From Takakia lepidozioides (Eukaryota; Plantae; Bryophyta), in assembly GCA_030704615.1 (NCBI GenBank), contig CM060733.1, positions 48,856,001 to 48,920,000 of the forward strand: 64,000 bases of DNA, in the 5' to 3' direction. Of the stretch, positions 1-13,523 are shown piece after piece (the first letter of the stretch is position 1; each line of letters begins with the position of its first letter). The position numbers and the translations under genes were made by a program. Under the pieces are notes generated by a model. It made no database searches. It was not told where the DNA came from and saw nothing but the letters and a program-made list of their open reading frames with translations.

Positions 1-282
1 AGGGACTGACATATCCAGGTAGTGTTCAATCATCTCCATCAACCAGTGACAGACCTCGGGCTCGCACACAGAGTCCTTCACAAGACTCTCAATGTCAGAA
101 GGGTGCTCGCTCACAAAGGTTTGCTAATCCCAAACAGTAAACCGTGAGGACACGGCTTTTTGAGAGGGGAAGGGGTAATGTTAGAGGACTGCCAGGGACT
201 TAAGGCACTTTTATGAGTTCTGTAGGGTCTGGGACTTAGACATTTTTATGGGTTCCAAACGGTACCCTTATTTTTTACATAG

Positions 283-500
283 ACCAGTCACAGCCCGACA
301 CAGTCGCACAGCCAGTCACAACTTAACACAGCCGACACAGCCCGACACAGTCGCACAACCAGTCACAGCTCGACACAGCCCGACACAGTCCAACACAGCC
401 CGACACAGCCGCCACATCTTCGCACAGCCCTACACAGCCCGACACAGCCAGTCACAGCCTGCCACAGCCTGATACAGCCAGTCACAGCTCGGCACAACTG
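283..500 (+). repeat. Degenerate ACAGC-core minisatellite (~10-11 bp units, e.g. ACAGCCCGAC/ACAGCCAGTC)
   Basis: Repeated CACAGCC/CACAGTC units visible directly; same core as the array at 62372-62778 downstream of a Gypsy integrase. Confidence 0.85.
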
Positions 501-1212
501 GGGAATAGTTACCATTGGCAGGGAACGATTGTGGGGGAACGACATCTGAAAAGGAACGTGTACTACAGAGATAACGGTTAGTTAGGAAAGCGGTTAGAAC
601 GGCTAGTAAAGAGATAAAGCGGGAAGCGGGGACATCTGAGGGGATCACTTCTGGGGGAAGATCACTTCTGGAAGGACTTCGGGGGCTGGGGGGGGGGGGG
701 GGGGGGGGGGGGGGTTCACAACTTGGAAAGGAAGCGGAGAGCGCATCTGCGAGCAGAAAGAGGGAGAGCACGGAGTAGGAGGAGAACGATCTGTTGATAC
801 TTGCTGAATGCAAGAAGTAGAGTTGTAATGTAGAGCATAATAGAGACACCATGGCTTCAGCCTGATACTTGATAGATATTAATCTGATACATACTTCATA
901 CTCACACTGTGTAGAGAGACCTGAGTGAAGCTGTGGAATGAATGGATGGAACTTGATAGATTTATGAAGCAAACTGATACTTAATTACAGATAGTAAGGT
1001 AACTCGCTAACATGAATGCGGGAAGGAGTACAAATAGGAAACACCCCCATGATACATTAGCTGTAGGTCATGACTGATTGTTCTGAGCGGGCTGAGTGCT
1101 TAGAGATTTCCAACTCTTCTATCTTGGAGTTCCCACCTCAGATAGCGAAGGGATGGGTGAGTAAAAGCCGCGCGACACCTTCCAGCAGGAAGGTGGACAC
1201 ATTTATGACACA

Positions 1213-1283
1213 CCAGACGGTGGTTTGAACCCACAACCACATCCAACGTGGTATGTGCCCATTACCACTGGGCTACATGCTGG
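1213..1283 (-). other. tRNA-like / tRNA-derived SINE head (Pol III A and B boxes)
   Basis: Minus strand reads CCAGCATG-TAGCCCAGTGG(A box)...GGTTCAAACC(B box)-ACCGTCTGG; CCAG/CTGG ends can pair; 71 nt; no convincing anticodon arm. Confidence 0.5.
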
Positions 1284-1576
1284 TTGTCTATATTCAGTAT
1301 TAACAATGCACTAGGGCTTCGCGTTGCTCCGCACTACTAGCGACGAATTCTGAGAACTACGTTCAATTTTTCACAAAAAGGGGTGGGTCATCCCCATGGT
1401 ACATCCCATATGTCATTGTTTTCCGGAAGAAGAATGGCGGAGTGTTGCCGAAGCTACCATATTATTTTTATTTTTCAAAGGAAAGAGGGCTGAAATCTTG
1501 CTGGTCCCTCCTCTTCAGCATCCCCAGAGTTTGGAAGCATAAAAAGGGGTGGGTTAACCCCAGAGTGTTACATACA

Positions 1577-1813
1577 TCATGTGTTTCTTTGTTTTTCAAA
1601 AAAATGGTGGATTGTTGCTGAGGCTACCACATCTTGTTTAGCCATTCTGTCAAACGCTGAGAATGCATCCTTCATACTCCCACATTTGGCATACATGTCA
1701 ACTAGAGTAGTCTCCGGAATGATATCTCGGGCAATCCTAGCTTGGGTGATGTCAGCATCGACCTCTTTGCCTTTTTCCAGGGCTACTTGGCTGGCACATG
1801 CACGAGAATACAA
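1577..1813 (-). pseudogene. PLS-class PPR protein fragment
   Basis: ACASQVALEKGKEV..TTLVDMYAKCGSMKDAFSAFDRMAKQDVV, typical L/S PPR motifs; truncated. Confidence 0.85.
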
Positions 1814-2665
1814 ATGAACGGGAGGTTTTGATACAACTGACAGATTTGTATTATGAATGTTCTTTATATGATATTTTTAAATTTTCAATTGGTTTCGACC
1901 ATGGAGCTTGGCCAATGACAGAGACACTCTACTTGAAAAACTGCTATAATCTTGCTTGTTGCATGATTGAACCCTCCTACTCCACAAAGCACTCTGCGTT
2001 TGATCTGTAACTGAAGAGCTATGCTGCTGATTGGAGTGATGTTGCGAGTAGGGGCCCGACCAGTGATCTACACAAGGAAGGGAAATGCTAGTGGAAGGCA
2101 TCGTTGCAAGGTAGAGCTGCCTGGAGACTAAATGCTAATCTTGAACCACAGGTGACTGCATAATGACCCTGTCTGCAGCAAATTAGCATTGGAAACCAAT
2201 TAGACTCAAGTCTGGACACCTTGCATACACTTGGGAGGCACTAACATTTCTCACATGACTGCAAGAGAGAAAAAAATAGATTGAACAACTCCAAAACCCT
2301 AAAGTAGGTCAACTACGTCAACCCCTCACCGACAAAAGGCTGAAAAGTCAGTTGACAGGCGATTCTCCAAGGCATTGTTCAATGCAGGTGCCCACATCTG
2401 CCCTCAACAGTTAGTGCGAGTTGTGGGCAAACCCATGGACCACCGTCACTTACCCTAATTCTATCTGCAAGATTCTATGTGGCTAGCACCATTGTGGAAT
2501 CATGCAGGTGACTTAGGCATAAGCTCAGTCAACAATGCTGCTAGAGAGAGCCCCGACATGATCATATGACAAGAATCAACTTGCTTATCCTACAAGCAGT
2601 TGATTGCTTGACACTGCAGCCTCAAACCCCCCAGCATTGTCATGGAGCAGCGTCTAAATTGGCAT

Positions 2666-3261
2666 CTACTGGTCGAAGAGAATGACACAGGCCTTGAGAA
2701 CACAAATGAACGTAACGTTGTTGGGTGTCACCATTTCCTGTATCATTTGCTCATAGATATCTAAAGCCTCCACATCCTGCGATCGACATTGCGCTGGGAT
2801 TGCGCTCCATGATACCACATCTTGCTCAGTCATGTTGTCAAACACATCCCGTGCATCCTTTAAGCTGCCGCATTTGGCATACCTGTTAAAAAGTGCATTT
2901 TCTATAGAGATATATGAGGCAACTCCATCTTTGATGATGTCAGCATGGACCTCCTCCAGGGCTGTTATGCTGACACATGCATTGAGAATGGAAATGAGCG
3001 TGACCTTGTTGGGCGTTATGCCTTCCCGTATCATCTGCTCATACATCTCAAAAGCCTCCATCATCGCACTCCATGAGACCACATTTTGTTGAGACGTTTT
3101 GTCAAAAACTTGTCTGGCATCGTTCAAGCTCCCATACTTGGCATACATATCGACAAAGGCAGTGTCCAGAATGATGTCAGCTCATGGACCTCGATACTTT
3201 TTTCCAGGGCTCCTAGGCTGGCACAAGCATTGAGAACAGAAATGAATGTAATAATGTTGGG
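2666..3261 (-). pseudogene. PLS-class PPR protein fragment, cut by an LTR at 3262
   Basis: MYAKYGSLNDARQVFD..NVVSWSAM; PNKVTLISILNAC; YAKCGSLKDARDVFDNMTEQDVVSWSA; internal deletions. Confidence 0.9.
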
Positions 3262-3547
3262 TGTCACACCTCATGAGAAGCACATTGCTCTATAGTGTGA
3301 AAAGAAGGGGCGTGAATCCCCTTCTGTGCAAGTCTAGTTGTGCTCCTCCCCAGGTCAATTGGAGGGAAGGAAAGGAGCTCTCCTCTCAGGTGATCCAACC
3401 ATCGTCACTCGGTGTGGGTTTCCCTCAGGTCCTTCATGATCAGAGTTCACACAATCCTCATCCACGCCGCAGCGGAAGAGAAGACATGGATGGGGAGTCT
3501 GTATTGTTTTCACCCGTGGTTCTACTTCTACACGACATCCTCTCCCT
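3262..3547 (-). mobile_element. Putative 3' LTR (3537->3262, TG...CA) preceded by polypurine tract AGGGAGAGGA (3547->3538); decayed internal region probably extends to ~4790
   Basis: Minus strand AGGGAGAGGA-TGTCGTG...GTGACA; the LTR end falls exactly where the PPR reading stops. Confidence 0.55.
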
Positions 3548-6130
3548 GGTACACTGCACCAGCCATGTTACCATGCTGTCTTCAGTGATGCAACCAGCCC
3601 TACGTCAGTGATGACCACTGCCCTTGTGGGCAGCTCCCTTGGTCAGCAACAAGTGGAATCCCCTTTGTAATAAGATCACAATTTGGAAGGAGGCAACTCA
3701 GATCTGCCATGAGTTGCAGGCCCACCAGTTTGGCCCTTCATGGGTTCATGCTTTCTTTATCTTACCGCCCCAATCATCCATTCCTCTCCATCCCCTCTTG
3801 CTGGTCAGCTCTCTCCCTTATGTCCTTTTCTCTCTCCCTCTCTCTTTCTTTCAGGGTGAGTAGGTTCCTCACTCTTTCCACTGTAGCATGTCTATGATGC
3901 AATGCAATGCGCATTCAGCCAAGCATCCAGTGCACCCAGCATTGAAATCAACCTTGGTCACACAAGATATAATCAGCCCTTTTATCAGTCCCTCTCTTGC
4001 CAATGACAGATGCTTCACACTCCACTTTTCCCAGGTGTAGCCATTTGCCCAAGACAGCTCTCAACCCTTCTACAGGTCTCAATTTACACACCCTGACAGC
4101 TCTCTTTTTCCCATCAACTGTGAACCTCAGTGGTTCACATGCTGAGAGCACCCTGAGAATCAGATCCAAACCCAAACAGATGTTGGTTTTTCTGCCCCAT
4201 CCACATCATCCCTTCTTGTTGTTTCCAAACAGTTCTATCTAACTCTCACTGGTTTCCTCTACCTACTAAGCTAGTTCCACATTGACTGCAATGTGTCAAC
4301 ATCCCAGGCTAGATTGTTTGTACAAGCTCATGACGCTGAAACAAGGAACAAGAATACAACAGCAGCAACCATTCTGTCCCAGCAACGAATCAACCCTGTT
4401 TCCATTCATTTTTCCTACTGTACAATGTAACAGCAGGTGCATCCATCTCCAGTCCATCCTGGTTTGAAGTCCAGTGTCTTCATTCCATTTCCAAAGCTCT
4501 TTTTCTTCCTCACATGTCAGTGTCTCTTACTACATACAAGAGACAATCCAAACTTCACAAAGCGATTTCTAAGTCCAAAAAGAGAAGGCCACTCTTCAAA
4601 CTTATCTGTCTTATACTCATTGAAGCGGTGGGTCTGCCTGTCACGAAGGCACCTTGTCCTCTCCCTCGTCAGCCATTTCCGACGTCTCTTCTTATCGTGA
4701 TTCCAGTCCTCATTAAGGCATGACGGCTCTGCTTCAGCTGCTGGCACATCCTTGTGCCTGCCAACCTCTACCCTATCCTTCTACATGTGCATTTCTTCCC
4801 TATGAAGTGATCTGGTCCTACAGCCTTTAAGACAGAGAGCAGATACAAAACTTAATTATAGATAGCTTAAGCGCCATACACACCAGAAGGCGGCACCGCT
4901 TCCTCTTGCACAGAATGCCAAGCCAGATCCCTTAACGTCGCTCTTTAAGGCAAGCTGATTCCCTTACAAAGTGATCTGGTCCTAAAGCTCAAAAACAGAC
5001 AGCAGCTACAAGATTTGATCACAGACAACCTGAGGCGCTATACACACCAGCCTGCATTTCTCATCCCCCAACACCTGCTGAGCCGCTCCATCTCCTCATT
5101 AATGTGCTCATCAAGACAATGGCGACAGCAGTGGTGCACCGCCCTTATCACAAACCTGATCCCTCTGGTTTGATCATTGCTTACGAAGAAGGCGGCACCG
5201 CTTCTTCTTGCACAGAAAGCCAAGCAGGAGCTCTTAACATTTCTCTTAAAAGCAAGCTGATACCCTTTGCGTAGGTGGAACTTTCTCAGATATCCTGTGC
5301 TGCCAACACCACTGCAGCAGCTGCGAAAAGATACACGCACTCTTCCCCTTCGAATTTCACATCCTGCTTCTAGGGTTCAACATCATGGATGAAAATCATT
5401 CATCCTAGGGATGAAAAAGGCGCATGTCATAACTTAGCCATATTTTGTTCTTGGCAGATCAATAGCATAGTCTTTCCATGGAATTACCTCAAGTTATGGA
5501 CAATTCCTCCCCTTCATTAGCACGAAGGGCACTCCCTTTGTAGTAGTGCCGAAACCTGATGCCAAACAAAAACTTGAATTTTTACCCCCTGCACTCACAC
5601 TACAGCTCAGCTTTGCAAGCCAAACAGGTACTTCCCGCAAAATGTCAGTATTCACTGCCCCTGGATCTTCAACACCATTGACAAAAATGCAACATAAAGC
5701 ACTCAATCTGTAGGGAAGCAGATAAAGTTGAGGAGTGGGTTTGAGGAGAAGACCGTGCCCGACTGAGATGTAATAAGAGTCGTCACTTGAGTGTAGCCGA
5801 CGGTGAAGCTCATATGAGAAGAGGAGTAAACACACTGCACAACACCCCACAATCACTCATTTGAAAAATAATACAAAGACAAACACTTGCAGTCCTATTG
5901 GTCATGTACACCTTCATCCCGCACCCATGGAAGTAGCAACAGAGTTTTGGTAGCCTCAGTATGGTGCAGCCTTGCAGCCTCAACCTAAAACACGAGTGAC
6001 AGTACTTCAGGAACAACACCCAGAAAGAAGGCAACCTACTTTTGGAGCTCTCACAGATTTGCGTTAGGCTATACGAATTGCCATAAGATGTTGTCTGCAT
6101 TGTGCCTTTGACCAAGTGTCCTTCATCCAT

Positions 6131-7445
6131 CTACAAGCTTTGCACTGCATCACAAAGAAGTACCTTACAGAAGCAGACCTTCATCCCGCGCCCCTGCTGT
6201 GTATACCCTGCAAGCATCGCGTTCCACGACACCACATCTCGGTCAGCCATAGTGTTGAAAACTCCCTTCACATCCTTAATGCACCCACATTTTGCATCCA
6301 TGTCCACCAGGGCAGTGTTCAGGATCACATCTGGTACAATTCCAGCTTTGACGATGTCACCATGGACCTCTTCCCCCTTTTCCAGAGCTCCTAGGCTTGC
6401 ACACGCATTGCAAACAAACAAATGTGATGTGGTTGGGCTTCACCCCTTCGCATCCTTAATGCACCCACATTTTGCATCCATGTCCACCAAGGCAGGGTTC
6501 AGGATGACATCTGGTACAATTCCAGCTTTGACGATGTCACCATGGACCTCTTTCCCCTTTTCCAGAACTCCCAAGCTTGCACACGCATTGCAAACAAAAA
6601 AAAATGTGATGTGGTTGGGCTTCACCCCTTCGCACATCATTTGCTCATAGGTCTCCAAAGCCTTCATCCAACACCCTTGTTGTGCATATCCTACAATCAT
6701 CGCACTCCATGACACCACATCTTGTTCAGCCAATACTGTCGAGCACTCCCTTTGGATCCTCAATGCACGCACATTTGACATACATTTCCACCAGGGCAGT
6801 GTTCAGAATGACATCGGGTACAATTCCAGATTTGATCGCCATGCACCTCTTCACCCTTTTCCAGAGCTTCCAGGCTTGCATACGCATTGCAAATGCACAG
6901 AAACGTGATGTGGTCGGGCTTCACCCCTTCCCCCATCATTTGATCATAGGTCTCCAAGGCCTCCATACCGCCCTTGCTGTACATACCCTGCAAGCATCGT
7001 GTTCCACATGATCAAAGATGGTTGAGCCCTTCTGTTGAACAGTTGGTGAGCATCCATGATGCTCCTGCACTTAACATACATGTTGACAAGGGTGTTGAGT
7101 AGAAAAACATTTGGCAGGAATCCCACTTTGGATAATGTGAGTGTGCATCTGCTTTCCAGCTTCCAGACCTTCCATCTCGATGCACTTAAGCAAGAGACAG
7201 ACATACGTTCTTAAATGCCTCCTTGGTTTAAAGTCTGTAGAGCCTCTATCAGACTGCATGCCGCAAAAAGCATCTTCACATGCCCATAAGTGCCAGAAGA
7301 GGGATTGTGGACTCCCTCTCTTGATCCTCTTTCAGAAGCTGTTGTCATGCTTGAGGTGCCTGATTTTAGCAAAGGTGCCGCTGCAGCTGCTGCCTTTAGG
7401 TGACCATCTACCCATGCAGGTTTCTTGTAGCTATTGATCCACAAG
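6131..7445 (-). pseudogene. PLS-class PPR pseudogene (N-terminal leader plus several P/L/S repeats, frameshifted)
   Basis: Repeated FVCNACASLGALEKGEEVHGDIVKAGIVPDVILNTALVDMDAKCGCIKD and DVVSWNAMLAGY motifs split over frames. Confidence 0.9.
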
Positions 7446-8442
7446 GAGTCATAGGTAATCTGGAGCTTGAAGTTCTAGGAAACACCCAACTCAACTTATG
7501 AACAGGATGAAATGTGTTGAAGAAGGTGCCTTCATTATCTAACTCTGTGAAAATGCCTCCATGGTTCAAAAATTTCAGAGCCTCTTTCAGTGTGCCTCAT
7601 ATAGTGTCATCACAAGTTCAAAAGCACAAGAAGAAATCTTGAGAACTTCCTCCCAGGGTCCTCTTTTGGAAGTGGAGATCATTGTGGAGATGCTTGATTT
7701 TATCAATTGTGCTGCCACTGCCCCTTCAAGATGACCATCTACCCTTGCAGATTTTTTGTAGCTGTCAATCCTCAGTGGCTCATATGCACTCTGGTGCTTG
7801 AAATCAGGACCTCTCGGATGGATCATGCTTCATCCTTGCTTCTTTCATCTAACCCTGCCTAGGCAATAGTATGGCCCTGCTGCTAAGAGCTGACAATGAT
7901 AACCTAAAATTTATCTAGCAAACACCCCGACCATACTTACCACACACTAGTTCTGGTGCTGCATTGCTGACAATTTGTGAGAAAGTTTTTTCAATGCACC
8001 TATTATCCCATTGGCAGTAACATGTGCAAAAAATCCAAACCACCATAGATTCATCCAACGAGGTAACTTAAAAACACAAAGGGAAAAATTGGGAATGAAT
8101 CTGATAAGAGGACAAAACAAGACTAAATGGTTGAAGAAGAAAGTGCCCACACCAGTTGTCCTTGATCTTGTCTCATGAAAACAGCTAGTTTTTCTTTCAC
8201 CCAAGGAGGATTCAACCTGCCTCATCCAGTTGTCATGCACGTCCAAGAACGTCCACCATGCAGCCAAAGTGCTTTACTGTCGGAGTGACACCATGATCTT
8301 GACTCAGGTAATCGAAGTAGCGTCTTCCTTCATTGAGTAGGCCAGTGTGGCTTCATGCAGAGAGAACACATATAAAGGTGATATTGTCCGGCTTTAAGCC
8401 ATTCTTTTCCATTCCTTCAAATAGTTGCAGGACCTCCATATG

Positions 8443-9760
8443 TCAACCATGATAGGCATATCCCGCGATCATCGCATTCCATGACACCACATTTCGTTCA
8501 GCCATATTGTCAAATACTCCCTTTGTATCCTCAATGCACCCACATTTCGCATACATATCCATCAGGGCAGTGTCCAGAATGACATGTGGTACAATTCCAG
8601 CTTTGATGATTGTCACCATGGACTTCTTTGCCATTTTCCAGGGCTGCCAGGCTTGCACAAGCATTACAAACGCACACAAACATGATGTGGTGGCACTTCA
8701 CCCCTTCCCCCATCATTTGCTCATAGGTTTCCAAGGCCTCTGTCCTGCGCCCCTGCTATGCAGATCCTGCAAGCATCGCGTTCCATGACACCAAATCTCG
8801 TTCAGCCATATTTTAGAACACTCCCACCCCATCCTCAATGCTCCCACATTTGTATGTCCACAAGGGTATTGTTCAGAATCACAACTGGTACAATTCCAGC
8901 TTTGGTGATGCAACCATGCACCTCTTTGCCCTTTTCTTGAGCTGCCAGGCTTGCACACGCATTGCAAATGCACAAAAATGTGATGTGGTCGGGCTTCACC
9001 CCTTCCCCCATCATTTGATCACAGGTCTCCAAAGCCTCCCTGCTGTGGATATGACACCACATCTCGTTCAGCCATAGTGTTCAAAACTCCCTTTGCATCC
9101 TTAATGCACCCACGCTTGGTAAATCCTGCCAACATTATATTCCACGTGATCAAAGATTGTTGAACACTTGGTGAGCATCCATGATGCTCCCGCACTTAAC
9201 ATACATGTTGACAAGGGTGTTGAGTAGAAAAACATTTGGCGTGAATCCACTTTGGATAATGTGAGTGTGCACCTGCTTTCCAGCTTCAAGGCCTTTCATC
9301 TTGATGCACTTATGCAAGAGACAGACATAAGTATCTGCATCTGCTTCAAAATGCTCTGAATCTGCTGAAATGCCTCCTTGGTTTAAAGTCTGTAGAGCCT
9401 CTTTCAGTCTGCCTGCCTCATAAGGCACCTTCACATGCCCAGAAGTGCCAGAAGAGGCATTGTGGACTCCCTCTCTTGATCCTCTTCCAGAGGCTGTGGT
9501 CATGGTTGAGGTGCCTGATTTTATCAACTGTGCCGCTGCAGCTGCTGCCTTTAGTTGACCATCTACGCATGCAGGTTTCTTGTAGCTATTGATCCACAGG
9601 GAATCATACGTAATCTTAGTGCTTGAAATCTGGCCCTCTTGGATGAATCTGGACCCACACTCTATGCCTTCTCCTTCAGCTATCCATGCATATGCACAAA
9701 TCATGCATTCATCTTTTCCCTTGTTGCTAGCAGCTGACAATGACAACCTAGGAAACACCC
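8443..9760 (-). pseudogene. PLS-class PPR pseudogene, paralog of 6131-7445
   Basis: Same leader (AAAAAQLIKSGTSTMTTAS..GSREGVHNASSGTSGHVK) followed by DTYVCLL..KGLEAGKQVHTHIIQSGFTPNVFLLNTLVNMYVKCGS; frameshifts. Confidence 0.9.
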
Positions 9761-10154
9761 AATCACACTAGTTCCTATGCTGAATTGCGTCTGCTAGTCT
9801 CTGTCATCTAACAGGGATTCAACTTTTTGCCTCGGTTGTCCCACCATTGACTGGGGTCAACAAAGTATTCATTCCACACCTTCTCTCTGTTAACTGTTTT
9901 TGGATACTTTCCTGTTATCACATTGGCAGTATCATGTCAAAGTCACTCCAAACCAGATTCACTCAACCAGCTAACTTGCAGAATTCAACATGGAAATTTA
10001 GGGCCGACTCTGACAAGAGGGAAAAACAGGGTGAAATGTGTTGAAGAAGGTGCCTTCATTAGCAATGCCTTGTTCTATCATTTGTGCCGCTGCCGCTGCT
10101 GTTTCCAGTTGACCATCTACCCAACGACCTAACTTACAGAATTCAATATGCATC

Positions 10155-10640
10155 TCAGGGCCGAGTCTGATGAGAGGGCAAAACAGGCTGAAATAGGTCA
10201 AAGAAGAAGGTGCCCTCACCATATTGTCCTTGACCTTGCGGCATGACCCATGCTTGGTAAATTCTGCCCACATTATATTCCACGTGATCAAGATCGTTGA
10301 GGCATTCTATTGAATGCTTGGTGAGCATCCATGATGCTCCCGCCCCGTACATGTTGACAAGGGTGTTGAGTAGAAAAATATTTGGCGTGAATCCACTTTG
10401 GATAATGTGCGGGTGCACCTGCTTTCCAGCTTCCAGACCTTTCATCTTGATGCACTTAGGCAAGAGACAGACATAGGTATCTGAATCTGCTGAAATGCCT
10501 CCTTGGTTTAAAGTCTGTAGAGCCTTTGTCAGTCTGCCTGCCTCACTAAGCATCTTCACATGCGCAGAAGTGCCAGAAGAGGCATTGTGGACTCCCTCTC
10601 TTGATCCTCTTTCAGAAGCTGCGGTCATGGTTGAGGTGAG
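10155..10640 (-). pseudogene. Third truncated copy of the same PPR N-terminal module
   Basis: TSTMTAASERGSREGVHNASSGTSAHVKMLSEAGRL..DTYVCLLPKCIKMKGLEAGKQVH, near-identical to part of 9150-9758. Confidence 0.85.
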
Positions 10641-12739
10641 CATTCCAAAGCTTCTCGTCTTTGTTATCCGTTTTTTTATTCTTTCCTGTTGCCACATTGG
10701 CAGTAACATGTCAAAATCACTCCAAAACCACCATAGATCCACCGACGAGCTAACTTGCAGAGTTCAACATCAAAATTTAGGACGACATTGATAATAGGCA
10801 TCTCAGGGCCGAATCTGATGAGAGGCAAAACAGGCTAAAATCGGTCGAAGAAGAAGGTGCCCTCACCATATTGCGTGAAACCCCTCCGCGCTCGAGCACG
10901 CGGGGGCATCCCTTCCCAGCGCTGCTTTTCGGGCATTTCGGGCAGGTTCCAAAAAAATTGACGACGACGATGACGTGTCTACGATGACCTGTCTATGATG
11001 ACATGGCGACAAAACGTGGCGATGATGACGTGGCACTATGGCACCCTATTCTTGCTCTACGCTAAACTAGCTTCCGACTTTTGGTCGTCGCTAGAATTAA
11101 AGCTTACAATTTTGGATTTTCCCGGATTGGTCCGAAAAGTAGCATCATCCTTTGCAAAATAAATGACAAGCAAGACACCTATGTTGAACTTGAGGAGAAT
11201 CTGATCGCTCGTGAGTATATTCACGGAGGGGAGATCTCTCGTGCACTCGATAGGTAGTCTCTCGCATCTTACGCGAAACAAATCATTCGATTACTACATG
11301 TCAATGGTGAGAGAAGATGAGAGGAGCTTTCCCGTGAAAACGTAACAAATGCATGTCAATATCATATAGGAAACAAAGTAAGAGCTTTAAAACCACAATG
11401 GGTCGTGACTCAAAGTTATTGGTAGAAACATTGGAATAATGTTTTTGAATTATTGAAACTTAAGGAATAGAAAAATCTTTGTCACATTGAGGACAAGAAA
11501 TAACAAACGACATACATTGAACCGACAAATACAAGGTCAGATACCATGTCAAATACAATTTCAAGTACAAAGTCAGTTTGTTGCAGGTGCTTTGAGACCT
11601 CCCCCCACCAGGGGAGATCTCCCGTGCTCAATACGAGAAGCATCAAGCCGTCAAATCAAAAGAAAATAAGATCTAGAAACATTTACATGAACTGGTCATC
11701 CAGAAATTAAAATTGTAAGGTAAGACAACAGTTATTTGTCACCCTCCGAATACCAAATAAGAATCCAGGAAATGCTGAACAGACGTCGAGACATAGAAAG
11801 AGAGACCTCCCGTGCTACAACTGAAATCAATAGCACAATCGCGAAAATACAATTTAGAACGTCGGTGTCATAAGGCGCCACGTTAAAATCGAAGTAGTGA
11901 ACGACATTCCGCAAGGGAAGATATGAAGGTTTTGGACAGACAAAATCCTCGTCATCTTCACAAAATGAAAATATTTGCGAATCCTTACTATATTCGACAA
12001 TGAGCTCTAAGAAAAATATAATAATCATGATCGGAAATAGTCAAGTCATTGTAGCATGGGACAACTCCCGAGCACTATGTGTAAGGGAGAAAACCATCAA
12101 CCACCATGGGAAATCAGCAGTCCGACATACGAAATGCGTGGAACCATCAGACGGAAACAAATAAAAATGTACAACCATTCATATCCATTGGCCATTCAAA
12201 CATTCAAAATTTTGGAGATCAGAACAAAAGCTATTTGTCTGCAGATAAAAAATAAATCCAGTAAATAATATTAAAAAAAACAACGTGACATACCACGGGA
12301 GACCTCCCGTGTTACACCTGAAAATCAGTAACAACATCGCGAGGATACAGTTTACAAAGTCAGATTAAGAAGGGGCCACCGTTGAAATAGACACATAAAA
12401 GTACATTCCGCTAGGTAAGAAAATACAATATTCAGACCAATCATTATCAGATAACGAACCAAATTGGGACTCAACGAGCGCTACATATGGTGAATGAAAA
12501 TCTTAATCATGTCAGTATGCAATACTCAAGAATCTGTAGCACGCGAGATCTCCCGTGCTATGTGCGTAAAATACAATCAACCAGAACTACACTTTCACTG
12601 AGATGCAGGCAGTCAGGGTTCAAATCGCTAGAGATATAGATGTTCAGAAATTGAAAGTTTCAAATGGTCGACATAGAGAATTCAAGGTCAACTTTTGATT
12701 GTCAAAGGAGCTCCCACAAAATCCTGGAAATCACCAGTA

Positions 12740-13523
12740 AGATCAACATTAACACATATTGTCGTCAAATTAGCACGGGAGATCTCTCGTGCACCTCTGT
12801 ACGCTGTGCTTAATCAGACTCACTTTGATCGTTTGCAGCATATAGATTTGCTTTCGCTTTAACTGCTTTGGTCTCTATTCATAGCCTTTGTTGTATGTGT
12901 TCTTTGATCTAGGAGAATGATGTGCTGGAATGAAATGTTAAAGCTGCTTGAAAAAACAACAAGTATAAAGCTAGTCTTAAAGCATTTAATAATCTATTGT
13001 TATTTGACGACGCTAAAAGAGAAGATCCTATGTTTGAAGCTTTGATCTTTGTCACTCCACAGTGACATTTCAAAGCATTCACATACCATAAGACCCATGA
13101 TATTAAACATGTAAGGTTATTAGTGAATGTGGAATGGGAATAAAGATGAAGTGCAAGATCGAAAAAGATACAAGTGAATTAGGTTTGCAGCAGTGGGTGG
13201 TGGAGATTCCATAACCTCTAAGCAATGTGTTCTTTGATCTAGGAGAATGATGTGCTGGAATAAAATGTTAAAGTTGTTTGAAAAAACAACAAGTATAAAG
13301 CTAGTCTTAAACATCCTAATACAATGACAAAGTGGGATGCTCACAGGGTTGAAACGTCAAGAACACATACAACAAAGGCTATGAATAGAGACCGAAGCAG
13401 TTAAAGCGAAAGCAAATCTATATGCTGCAAACGATCAAAGTGAGTCTGATTAAGCACAATGTACAGAGGTGCACGGGAGATCTCTCGTGCTAATTTGACG
13501 ACAATATGTGTTAATGTTGATCT
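12740..13523. repeat. Long inverted repeat (arms 12740-12904 and 13359-13523, ~165 bp) enclosing a ~90 bp direct repeat (~12896-12983 / ~13226-13313)
   Basis: AGATCAACATTAACACATATTGTCGTCAAATTAGCACG...GTATGTGTTCTT is the reverse complement of 13359-13523 with few mismatches. Confidence 0.9.

Noticed and set aside
430-972. 180-aa proline-rich ORF
   Set aside because: The poly-Pro comes from a poly-G run and the tail from the minisatellite; no domain evidence
1820-2660. Possible Copia gag remnant inside the PPR fragment
   Set aside because: Only faint motif resemblance; not enough to call
6102-6650. Plus-strand ORFs over PPR, Pol and transposase regions (this one and similar)
   Set aside because: Antisense shadows of real coding sequence on the opposite strand
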